A stretch of DNA of 64,000 bases from an uncultured bacterium (GCA_963727715.1 CAVSGX010000006.1:12632-76631); one strand, 5' to 3'; shown: positions 51,752-60,798, counted from the stretch's first letter. The notes: generated by a model from the letters alone, not told the origin. Program-made: numbers and translations.

Positions 51752-53464
51752 TTATTTTAAAATTTTGTTAATTTGTTCAGAGAGTTCAGTCGGATCAAAA
51801 GGTACAGAATCATATTTCAAAATTTTATCAACAATTTCAATCCCTGTTTTTTCCATAATCAATCCAGCCAATTGGGCGTTGTGATTCCCCTCCACACAAA
51901 TTATTTTTTTAGCGCCAACCAATTCTTTTTTTATTTTTTCTGTGTCAAAGGGCTCTAACCAAACGATTTGCAAAAATTTTGCCGGCTTTTCAAAATATTT
52001 TGACGCTTCCAAGACTGCGCTTTTTGTTGAGCCGAAAAAGACAATTACATTTTCGCTACCTGTGTCGCCGTACATTTTGACTGTCTCCCTACTTTGCATT
52101 TCTGTCTCGATGGTTTTTCCTTTTGCGAATCTTTTGTCAAGCATTGCTTTGACTTCGGCTGGTTTGTCCGTTGTAATTCCATATTCGTCATGTTCGTAGC
52201 TCGTCACTTTAACCACGGCGTTTTTCGTACCCGGGAAAGCCAAAGGTGAGACACCGTCTGGAGTGATTTGATAGCGAGCATAATTCTCCCCTGCATCTTT
52301 GGCGATTTTACCACTTTCCGCCGAAACTGATTTTTTATCAATATCGCAAGTCATCATGTGTTCGGACAAAATTTTATCCAAGAGAACAATCACTGGTGTT
52401 TGAAATTTCCATGCCAAATTCAGAGATTCGGCCCCGGCCAGAAAACTTTCTTCCGGATCGCCAGGAGCGAGAACAATTCGTGGAAACTCGCCGTGGCCTC
52501 CATGCAAAGCAAAACGCAAATCGGATTGCGACGAATGTGTGGGCAAACCGGTGGCTGGCGCTTGGCGTTGCGAAACAGCCACAACAAGTGGCAACTCGGC
52601 ACCACCGGCGAAAGACAAAGCTTCCTGCATCAGAGCGAAACCGCCTGTGGCCGAGCCAACGGCCACGCGTTTGCCAGCGTAGGCCATGCCGAGCGCCATG
52701 TTAATAACTGAAATCTCATTTTCCGGCTGAATGACTTTGAGACCATCTTTTTTTTGTTGTGTGGCGAGATAATGCAAAATGCTGGATGACGGCGTCATCG
52801 GATATGCAATATAGAAATTCAAACCCGCACTTTGCAAACCTTTGGCGAAAGCAGTGTTGCCGTCGAGAAATTCTCCATGCACTTCTCCAGGCTCAAGTTT
52901 TTTACTATGTCGGAAATTTATTTTTTGTAAATACCAGTAACCAACCTCGGCCAGCTTCTCATTTATTTTCGGCATTTTGTCAGCAAAAACCATTTTCAAA
53001 ATTTCCGCCATTTTTGGAAGTGGCAAATCCAAAAGATAGCACAACGCGCCAAGAGCGACGGAATTTCTGGTAATAGCCGGTGCCGAAATCTCTGCCACCG
53101 CGCTTTTCATCGGCACCAGCACGGCGTTTTCTCCGAGTGTTGCGATATCACTGGGTTCAAACTCATCGGCAAAAACAATACCGTTTGAGGCAAGCTCACC
53201 GAGGTGCAGTTTGACCGTTTCTTCGTTTAGCGCGATCAGAACATCGAGTGGCGCGTGGTCGCACCAGACTTTTTGTTTGGAAAAAGTTAGTCGTGTGAAG
53301 TTGTGTCCACCGCGAATGAGCGATGGATAGTCGGTTGACAGGTAGACTTCATAGCCGAGATCACGCAAAAGTAGTCCCAAGTTTGATCCGGCTTCCATCA
53401 CCCCATCGCCGGCCGCTCCACCTATGCCGATTGTGAAAATATTATTGTCTAAATTTTGGGTCAT
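51752..53464 (-). CDS. 2-oxoacid:ferredoxin oxidoreductase alpha subunit (gamma-alpha fusion)
   Basis: GGAAGDG, YPSLIRGGHN, YPMTPSS, ENEI. Confidence 0.93.
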   Translation of the reverse strand: MTQNLDNNIFTIGIGGAAGDGVMEAGSNLGLLLRDLGYEVYLSTDYPSLIRGGHNFTRLTFSKQKVWCDHAPLDVLIALNEETVKLHLGELASNGIVFADEFEPSDIATLGENAVLVPMKSAVAEISAPAITRNSVALGALCYLLDLPLPKMAEILKMVFADKMPKINEKLAEVGYWYLQKINFRHSKKLEPGEVHGEFLDGNTAFAKGLQSAGLNFYIAYPMTPSSSILHYLATQQKKDGLKVIQPENEISVINMALGMAYAGKRVAVGSATGGFALMQEALSFAGGAELPLVVAVSQRQAPATGLPTHSSQSDLRFALHGGHGEFPRIVLAPGDPEESFLAGAESLNLAWKFQTPVIVLLDKILSEHMMTCDIDKKSVSAESGKIAKDAGENYARYQITPDGVSPLAFPGTKNAVVKVTSYEHDEYGITTDKPAEVKAMLDKRFAKGKTIETEMQSRETVKMYGDTGSENVIVFFGSTKSAVLEASKYFEKPAKFLQIVWLEPFDTEKIKKELVGAKKIICVEGNHNAQLAGLIMEKTGIEIVDKILKYDSVPFDPTELSEQINKILK

Positions 53465-53482
53465 TAAAATATAATTTGGTAA

Positions 53483-53674
53483 ATTTTGAATTTCAAAATT
53501 TCATCGAGTGCAAATGTTTTCCGGAGCATACGCAGGCGAGGAGCTGGTTTTGTCAATGACCTGAGCAAAGCGAAGGCTCTTGACAAATCCGAGCCGAGGA
53601 CCGAGTAAACTTTTCGCTGGAAAAGTTTACGTCTCCGGAAAACTTTTGCCGAGATGGGTTTTGAAATTCAAAAT
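53483..53674 (+). repeat. Structured palindromic repeat, family A copy 3
   Basis: Core nearly identical to copy 2; different outer arms that still pair. Confidence 0.85.
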
Positions 53675-53742
53675 CGTGCACAATAATTATATCACTAACA
53701 TATGATATAATGAAAGCAATTATTATTTTCACAAAAACTTTC

Positions 53743-54486
53743 ATGTTTCAAAATAAAATCGCAATTGTCACAGGTTCTGCCAAAGGTATCGGCTACGGCA
53801 TCGCGCTTTATCTGGCCAAAAATGGCGCGAGCGTGGTCATGGCCGACTTTGACCAAGCGACAAACGAAAAATCAGCGACAGAAATCCAGTCCGCAACCGG
53901 CGCAAAGTGCCTGGCGGTGCAATGTGACGTTTCCAAAAAGGAAGATATTGATAATTTGATAAAAACCGCGATGGAAAAATTTGGCGGGGTGGATATTTTG
54001 GTCAACAACGCCGGCGTCTACCCTTTCAAACCATTTTTGGAAATGACAGAATCCGACTGGAACAAAGTCATTGATATAAATTTGAAAAGTATTTTCCTAG
54101 CTTCGCAAGCTGCAGCCAAAGTGATGAAAGACGGCAGTAAGATAGTCCAGATTTCTTCCATTGCTTCGCTCGTCGGCTTTGAAGGTTTGACACATTACTG
54201 TGCCAGTAAAGGTGGCATCAACAGTATGATTCGGGCAATGGCTTTGGAACTCGCTTCAAAAAAAATAAATGTCAATGCTATCGCGCCCGGTGCTATCAGA
54301 ACTCCTGGTGCGGACTGGGAATCAATGACCGAAGATGAAATGAAGAAGCAACTCTCCTTAATACCTTGGGGCAGGATAGGCACACCCGAAGACATTGCCG
54401 GCGCTGTCACATTCCTTTGCTCCCCTTCGGCCGATTACATCACTGGCCAAGTCGTTGTGGTGGACGGTGGCTGGACACTGCGATAA
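53743..54486 (+). CDS. Short-chain dehydrogenase/reductase
   Basis: TGSAKGIG, NNAG, YCASK, VDGG. Confidence 0.93.
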   Translation: MFQNKIAIVTGSAKGIGYGIALYLAKNGASVVMADFDQATNEKSATEIQSATGAKCLAVQCDVSKKEDIDNLIKTAMEKFGGVDILVNNAGVYPFKPFLEMTESDWNKVIDINLKSIFLASQAAAKVMKDGSKIVQISSIASLVGFEGLTHYCASKGGINSMIRAMALELASKKINVNAIAPGAIRTPGADWESMTEDEMKKQLSLIPWGRIGTPEDIAGAVTFLCSPSADYITGQVVVVDGGWTLR

Positions 54487-54571
54487 AACGGCTTAAAATA
54501 TAGGTTTTTACAATTTAACTTGACAGATTAATATAATTTATGTTAGTATCTCGAACAGAAGGAGAACAACC

Positions 54572-55249
54572 ATGTCAACTGGCATGCTTGGAAAGCTCCC
54601 GCTCTCCGCGGTGCGGGGACCGAGAGACACCCTGGAACAGTGTTTGGCTGGCGAAAGTGGAGAGCGATGGCTTAAAGCTCTCAATCAATTCTTACGCGGT
54701 GAAAATCCATGGCCGATAGTTACGAAAGTCGTCGACCTTGATTGCAAAATCACCGTTGGAGATGGAAAGACTGTCAACGATCTCGTGCAAAGTGCACAGC
54801 GTTGTCGCATCAATGTTAACGCATTGGATGTCATCAACTCGGCCCAGTTTACACTGGATGTCGACAAGGCAAGCTACGATATCGTTATGCTTGAATTTGA
54901 TGACACCAACCCTCATCAGACCGACTTCGTGCCCCAGCATGTTTTCGCCGAGATGAGACGCTTGGGACTGGAACCTCCATCCTACGAAGACATTCTTCGT
55001 TTTACTGTGGGTTCAACGGAACACCAATTTAGGAATTTTGATCAAATCACCTTTCTTCATACACCGGTCCGTATTTTTCCGGACGTTGGGCCCGGTGGAA
55101 TGAGCATCGGCACAGGTGAGGATGGCAAGATTCCGGCAGTTCTTGCCATGAGGTTTGAGAGGGTGCAAGACAGGATTACCACGGTCAACACATCTCTCGT
55201 GATTGGAAAGAAGTTCGCTGCTCGTCGCTTTAGATCACAAGGTGAATAG
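54572..55249 (+). CDS. Orphan hypothetical protein (stand-alone cassette)
   Basis: TTGACA(54520)-18-TAGTAT, AGGAG SD, hairpin 55263-55289. Confidence 0.65.
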   Translation: MSTGMLGKLPLSAVRGPRDTLEQCLAGESGERWLKALNQFLRGENPWPIVTKVVDLDCKITVGDGKTVNDLVQSAQRCRINVNALDVINSAQFTLDVDKASYDIVMLEFDDTNPHQTDFVPQHVFAEMRRLGLEPPSYEDILRFTVGSTEHQFRNFDQITFLHTPVRIFPDVGPGGMSIGTGEDGKIPAVLAMRFERVQDRITTVNTSLVIGKKFAARRFRSQGE

Positions 55250-55323
55250 GGTTGGAAAAATATGCCGGGCGGTATTATACTGCCCGGCACTTTCTATTAA
55301 AAAATTATGGTATAATTTCTCAT

Positions 55324-55800
55324 ATGCGAGAAAAAATAAAAATCGGTTGGTTTTCATTTTCCTGTTGTGAAGATAACACTGTGGTTATGACCGAGGTTAT
55401 GAACGACCATTGGCAGGAATGGAAACAAATTTTTGATTTTCGCCACATTCGCGTTTTGAAATCAAAAAATATTTATGATGCTTTTGACATTGCTTTCATT
55501 GAAGGCGCGATGGCTGGACCAGACCAAGAGAAGTCAGTTAAAGACATTCGCTCGCGCAGTAAAAAGCTCGTGGCTGTCGGCTCATGCGCCGTCACAGGTC
55601 TGCCTTCAGGTCAGCGCAACAACTTCACACCGGAGCAACGCCAAGCCATTGACTTTTTGGTCACTCGCTTTGGCGCTCTGCCGTCGGTCAAAAAAGTTTC
55701 CGACGTCGTCAAGGTGGATGTGGAGATTCCAGGGTGCCCAATGGATCCGAAAGTTTTTTTGGAAAAGGTGAATTTGCTTGTGACAGAATTAAGGAATTAG
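55324..55800 (+). CDS. NiFe-hydrogenase small-subunit-like protein (group 3b-related, short)
   Basis: FSCCED, IEGA, VAVGSCA, IPGCP; no C-terminal Fe-S domain. Confidence 0.82.
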   Translation: MREKIKIGWFSFSCCEDNTVVMTEVMNDHWQEWKQIFDFRHIRVLKSKNIYDAFDIAFIEGAMAGPDQEKSVKDIRSRSKKLVAVGSCAVTGLPSGQRNNFTPEQRQAIDFLVTRFGALPSVKKVSDVVKVDVEIPGCPMDPKVFLEKVNLLVTELRN

Positions 55801-55987
55801 TTTTCAAAATCTCGTTTGCCAAAAACTTTTCCGGCACATTGCGCAGGCAATTTAGAAAACAATGACGCAGACCTGAGTGGCACAGGTCGAGGAGATTGTT
55901 TTCTTAGATTGACGAGCAGGAAGAAAATTTTCACCAGAAAATTATTCTGGTGATGGAAAAGATTTTGGTAATAAGAGATTTTGAAAA
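55801..55987 (+). repeat. Structured palindromic repeat, divergent family A member
   Basis: Long terminal stem, CGCAGG...nested stems...CGAGCAGGA, second hairpin TCACCAGAA/TTCTGGTGA. Confidence 0.7.
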
Positions 55988-56008
55988 ATTACAAATAACA
56001 AAAATATT

Positions 56009-57322
56009 ATGCACAGCTTTGATCTAAACATGGAGCACATCACTAAAGTGGAAGGTAATGCTTCCCTATCGCTCAAAGTGGAGGATGGTAAAGTTACGGA
56101 TGTTAAATTCGCCATCGTTGAATACAAACGCTTTTTCACTGAGGCGCTGAAAGACAAAGTCATAGCAGCTGTTCCGCAACACTTGGCGCGCATTTGCGGG
56201 ACCTGTTCTAACGCGCACATCATGTGCAGTATTGAAGCTTGCGAGGATGCACTCGGAATTACACCTAGCGAGCAAACAAAACTTCTGCGCGCGCTTGTGA
56301 TGCATGGGCTTATCATACGCGACCACGCTTTGCATTTGTATTTGTTTTCAATGCCGGACATTTTCGGCAAGGATGCATTTCTGGACCTTGATGAAAGTGA
56401 CTCCATTCAACACCAGCTCCTCCACGACGGTTTTGACACCAAATCGGCCGGCAACTTTTTAGCGACACTCATCGCCGGCAGAAGTGTGCATGCCACCTAC
56501 CCGATCATCGGCGGATTTTTGAAATTCCCCGACCATGCCGGTGTGGAAGAAGCGATAAAAAAACTAACCAACATCCGCCCCGCTGTTTTGCGATTAGTAG
56601 AAGTTTTCAAAAACGCGCCGTTCCATTTTGATCGTCAGACCAAATTTATAGCCCTTGTGCCAGAAAAAAGTTTTGGTTATACCGGTGGAGAGATAATCAC
56701 AAGCACTGGAGAAAAATTTACCGAAAAAGATTTTCGTTCGCATTTGGAACACACTGTTTTGCCATACTCGGAGGCTTCCGCTTATACATACCATGGCGAA
56801 GGTTACATGGTTGGCGCGCTGGCCCGAGTAAACTTGGCCAAGGACAAACTACACCCGAAAACAAAAGAGTCACTCGGCGCAACCCTGGACCTTTTCCCTT
56901 CCACGGACATTTTCCACAACAACCTGGCCCAAGCAATCGAGATTTTGCACTCTGTTGATGAGTCGATTGATATTTTAACGAACAACAAATTTGCGCCGGA
57001 GCCGATTGTCAAGGCAACAAAAACGGAAGGTGTCGGAGTTGGAGTCATTGAAGCTCCGCGCGGGACACTTTACCACAAGGTTGTTTTGGGGGCTGACGGC
57101 AAAGTCAGTGAGGGTGAAGTTGTCGTGCCGACAGGCCAGAATCAAGTCAATATAGAAAAAGATGTGGCAACTTTGGTCAACGGGCTTCTAGAAAAACCGG
57201 AATACGCTGACGGCTCGGACTCGGCCAAAGAAAAAATCGCATTTGAAATTGAAAAACTTATCCGCGCATACGACCCGTGTATGTCGTGCGCATCTCACTT
57301 TTTGAAGATTGACTGGCAGTGA
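56009..57322 (+). CDS. NiFe-hydrogenase large subunit (group 3b-related)
   Basis: KVEG, RICGTC, EAPRGTLYH, DPCMSCASH plus 7-aa tail. Confidence 0.9.
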   Translation: MHSFDLNMEHITKVEGNASLSLKVEDGKVTDVKFAIVEYKRFFTEALKDKVIAAVPQHLARICGTCSNAHIMCSIEACEDALGITPSEQTKLLRALVMHGLIIRDHALHLYLFSMPDIFGKDAFLDLDESDSIQHQLLHDGFDTKSAGNFLATLIAGRSVHATYPIIGGFLKFPDHAGVEEAIKKLTNIRPAVLRLVEVFKNAPFHFDRQTKFIALVPEKSFGYTGGEIITSTGEKFTEKDFRSHLEHTVLPYSEASAYTYHGEGYMVGALARVNLAKDKLHPKTKESLGATLDLFPSTDIFHNNLAQAIEILHSVDESIDILTNNKFAPEPIVKATKTEGVGVGVIEAPRGTLYHKVVLGADGKVSEGEVVVPTGQNQVNIEKDVATLVNGLLEKPEYADGSDSAKEKIAFEIEKLIRAYDPCMSCASHFLKIDWQ

Positions 57323-57353
57323 CAGTAATGGTAGAATCTACCTCGGAGATGTT

Positions 57354-57803
57354 ATGAAAGAACAAATGAGTGGTCCAAAAAGGTTTGGACGTTTTGCTGG
57401 CGAAGTGTGCCTGAAAAAAAAGTATGCTGCCGGTCTTATCAGCGAGGAAGATTTCAATGAATTTCAAGCATGTTTGAGAGAGGATATTGAGCCGAGCGTA
57501 GAGCTCATCAATAGGTGTCTTCCCAACGCCGTGAAGAGTTATTTTAAATATTGTGAGGCCAAGGGCATTAAAGCCGACTGGTCTTACGAAAGCGTTGGCG
57601 ATTATTGGCTAAATGGTCACGGGGAAAAGCAAGGGCACATTGGAGAATGCGCGACTCGGACCGTTGTGGTTCTTTCAATAAGAGATGGAATCATTTCAGC
57701 AGGGTTGAAAAGTCCATTAAGTAATCCCTACAATCTTGAGTTGGAACCACTTATGGAAGCTGTTATCCACTATTGGCAAATAGTGGAAATAGCTGAAGAT
57801 TAA
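57354..57803 (+). CDS. Hypothetical protein with own promoter, SD and terminator
   Basis: TTGACT(57309)-17-TAGAAT, GGAG, hairpin 57802-57830. Confidence 0.6.
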   Translation: MKEQMSGPKRFGRFAGEVCLKKKYAAGLISEEDFNEFQACLREDIEPSVELINRCLPNAVKSYFKYCEAKGIKADWSYESVGDYWLNGHGEKQGHIGECATRTVVVLSIRDGIISAGLKSPLSNPYNLELEPLMEAVIHYWQIVEIAED

Positions 57804-57830
57804 GCACTGTCTTGTGACAGTGTTTCTTTT

Positions 57831-58196
57831 TTACAAAATCTCTGTGATTTTTTGCGAGGCTTCAGACTCCCCCATCTCTGGTGGGAGACCAATGATTTTT
57901 ACAGATTTTATTTTGCCGAGCTTCCACAGGTAGCGTAGGTTGGTTAGTGCGTCAAAGTCGTGCATACCGACTCGCGGTGGCGCGGAGAATTTTTCCAGAT
58001 TGTCAAAAACAGTCACATCTTTGATGCCGACAGCTGTGTCTATAATCATTATATTTTCTGGCACATCCCAGTCTTCATTCGGGTCCACAACAACAAATTC
58101 AATGTCAGGAAATTTTTCCGAAAGTTTTGGCAAAATCCTCAGAGGAAGAGAATCTATTTGCAAGTCTTCATTTCCAAATATAAATATTTTTTGCAT
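57831..58196 (-). CDS. Divergent hydrogenase maturation protease-like protein
   Basis: IFGN...D, IIDT, MHD motif order as in HybD/HycI. Confidence 0.6.
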   Translation of the reverse strand: MQKIFIFGNEDLQIDSLPLRILPKLSEKFPDIEFVVVDPNEDWDVPENIMIIDTAVGIKDVTVFDNLEKFSAPPRVGMHDFDALTNLRYLWKLGKIKSVKIIGLPPEMGESEASQKITEIL

Positions 58197-58249
58197 AAAT
58201 TTAAAGTATTATGACTTCCAAAATTTTCTCGGAATATTTTGGGAACCTG

Positions 58250-59033
58250 TTATATCGTCTGATTTGCAAAAGCGATGCTTTGCAAAATATATTTGCGCAA
58301 ATTTTTTGCTTGTGCTTCACTGATAATTTCACACGGTACCGACCAGTGAAAAGAGACAAGCTGTCCCGGTCTGATTTGTTCAATGTCGTACTCCACCTCC
58401 AACCGCCTGACGATTTTTTTCTCCGCCGGCTGGGCCAAAAAAAAGTTTGCCGTTGGTGTATGACAAACTTTCGGTCAAAACAGTGATTTCCGGCCCGCTG
58501 ACTCGCAGAACCTTGCCGAAGTTGACCAAGCATTCATCCATTCTTTCTACTTCATCCAGTTTGTCATTGTGTCCAGACATTTGCCAGATATTGAGCACAT
58601 GAAATGAATGATGAGGCACGGCGCCTTGCCGGATTTTTTCTTCCAACCATTCAAATTCTTTCGGTTTGATTTTTTTCTTGACTCCGAGATCATCGGTCAA
58701 AAATCTGTAAAATCTTTCCAGCTTGTTAGTTTCCAATAACTTATTGCCGAGCCAATAGGCCTCAACTACCCGTTCGTCAAATGGTTCGGCGATTCCATTT
58801 GTTCTGGAAATATATTGCAAGTATGGATAGAGAGTCTTGAATTGTTTAAGCAAAATAGAAATTTCCGGATTTTGCTCACCGTGTTCAATCAAACTTTTTA
58901 ATTCTCTGCTCTGATCGGGTCCACAATAATGCAGACGATTCGGACCGAAAGAATATCGGCTACAACGCACAATACCATCCATAATCTCTTTTTGGCTAAT
59001 CATATCTTTCTGAAATATGGATTTTTTAAACAT
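58250..59033 (-). CDS. DUF6390-like protein with HypC-like C-terminus, one frameshift near 58440
   Basis: RYSFGPNRLHYCGP, VVEAYWLGN, PHHSFHV, GQLVSFHW; frameshift at an A-run. Confidence 0.65.
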
Positions 59034-59400
59034 TAAATTTTTAATACTCCACTATCGATTTCGTTGTAAACCATTGATGAAATATCACTGATGATTTTGG
59101 AAAGTTTAGCGAAATCCTGGCCCTTAGTCATAATACAAAGAAGATATGGATTTCTCGGGTAATAAATGATGCCACAGTCATGCAGTTCGCGGTAGTCAAC
59201 AGTCGTCATTCCTGTCGTGGTGTTTTTTGTTTCCACTGTTCGCTCGCCGAATTTGTTAGAACTTGGAATATCAGGTGGCAAACCAGCCTCGATTCCTTCC
59301 GGAAAATAAGATTCACTCAAAAGCTGAAGTGCATATTGCGACATGGGTTTGGAGAGGTATGTGGCGTTGTATAGAATCCTGAAAATATAAGAATGAATGT
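59033..59400 (-). pseudogene. C-terminal fragment of a class A beta-lactamase-like serine hydrolase
   Basis: FRILYNATYLS, NKFGE, HDCGIIY, PYLLCIMT; N-terminus with SxxK absent at the junction. Confidence 0.7.
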
Positions 59401-59846
59401 ATGTGCTGCCTCCATCGGTCGAGAAGGGCCACAAGTTGGTAATTGATAGCGGATGTATCGCTGGTCGCTGTCCATGTCACAGTATGCGTGCTGCCGGCGC
59501 TCCAGTTTTCACCGCCATTAGGAGAAGTCACCGCCAGCGTCGGAACGGGTTCCAGATAGAGGTCCACCGAATAGCCGGAATAGCCATTGTCCCAGTTGAT
59601 ATACCACCATGTGTACGTGCCATCGTAATAGGAGCTCGAGGCCATGGTGCCTCTCGATCCTTCTGTCTCAGTTGTAACGACTGTTCCGCTGGTACTGTGA
59701 GTCGCGTGAACGACAAGATTGGCAGTGGTTTGTACGCGGCTTCCATTGGAGAATGAATAGGCTCCTGCTTGCAAGATGCTTGCTAAGAAGAGCACGACGG
59801 AGCAAACGAGAATTTGAACACTTTGCTTGATTTTCATGGTTATCAT
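59400..59846 (-). CDS. N-terminal fragment of a secreted protein (SH3-like + Ig-like)
   Basis: Signal peptide, WWYINWDNGYSGYS, VTSPNGGENW, STDGGSTY; truncated at the junction. Confidence 0.6.
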
Positions 59847-60437
59847 TTTTCTCTTCCTTCTTTGCGCTCTTGGCCGTTGAAACGGTAGGGGCGTGACCTA
59901 CTCACGCTCCACTACAGGCACTGGCGTGCCCTCAACGGAACGTTTTCAGGCACGCCCGTTCTGGGCGTGCCTCGAATGTGTCCGTTGAGAGAAAGTGCCA
60001 GTTTCGTAGTGGACAGCAGCCGAAGCCGCAAATCTGTTGTTGGTAATATTTTACATTGGTTTTCTTTGCGAACGCTCAAAATTTGTCTTCATTGTTGATG
60101 GTTGGCGTACCGTTCTTCAAAATCGCAATGGTGCGGCGGCGGATGCTGCGTGAAAAACAATGCCTCTTGATTGGTACGTTTGGGGAAATGACCCGCCATG
60201 GAAATCGCCGTCACCGGATACAATCCTTGCCCCAGCTTTGCAACCTCAGCTTCATCGAACCGACCTGCCTGAAAGTCTGTGCCCATCCCAAATTCCGGCT
60301 GTTTTGTTAATTCACCAGCGCCAAAGAACCTGTGTCAGAGGAACAATACGCCGATTCCGAATAATAAATCTTGAGGGAATTCATGTATTCTGTCTCACCA
60401 TATTTTGCTAAATACTCACCGTGGGTTGCAGGACGGA

Positions 60438-60765
60438 TTTAGGGAACCCCTGCCCATGAGCCAGTGAGGAACCTGCTCTCCCGGCCCTCCCTCTACAAGC
60501 GTGTGGAGGGGAGGGAGTTTAGGGAACCCCTGCCCATGAGCCAGTGGGGGGCCTCCTCTCCCGCGGCCCTCCCCTCCACAAGTTGTGGAGCGGAGGGAGT
60601 TTGGCGAACCCCTTCCCATGAACCAGTGGGGAACCTCCTCTCCCCGCCCCTCCCCTCCACAAGTGTGTTGAGAGGGGAGGGAGTTTGGGAACCCCCGGCC
60701 ATGAACCGGTGAGGAACCTTCTCTCCCCCGGCCCTCCCCTCCACAAGTGTGTGGAGGGGAGGGAG
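60438..60765. repeat. Four tandem ~80-bp REP-like palindromic units
   Basis: Units start near 60438, 60518, 60600 and 60683; each has CCCTCCCCTCCAC...GTGGAGGGGAGGG or a close variant. Confidence 0.8.
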
Positions 60766-60798
60766 CAGAGGAACGCGAAGAATTTTGTCGTGCGCCCG

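Noticed and set aside
1-59400. Alternative genetic code (TGA read-through)
   Set aside because: Conserved genes translate full length under code 11 and several end in TGA
59033-59846. Novel Ig-domain/beta-lactamase fusion protein
   Set aside because: It lacks the catalytic SxxK half and coincides with the compositional break, so a chimera is more likely
60056-60411. Short ORFs in the foreign segment
   Set aside because: No recognisable motif or consistent frame in error-rich sequence
60438-60765. Possible CRISPR array
   Set aside because: The intervening sequences are similar to each other rather than unique spacers, the repeats are degenerate, and no cas genes are present
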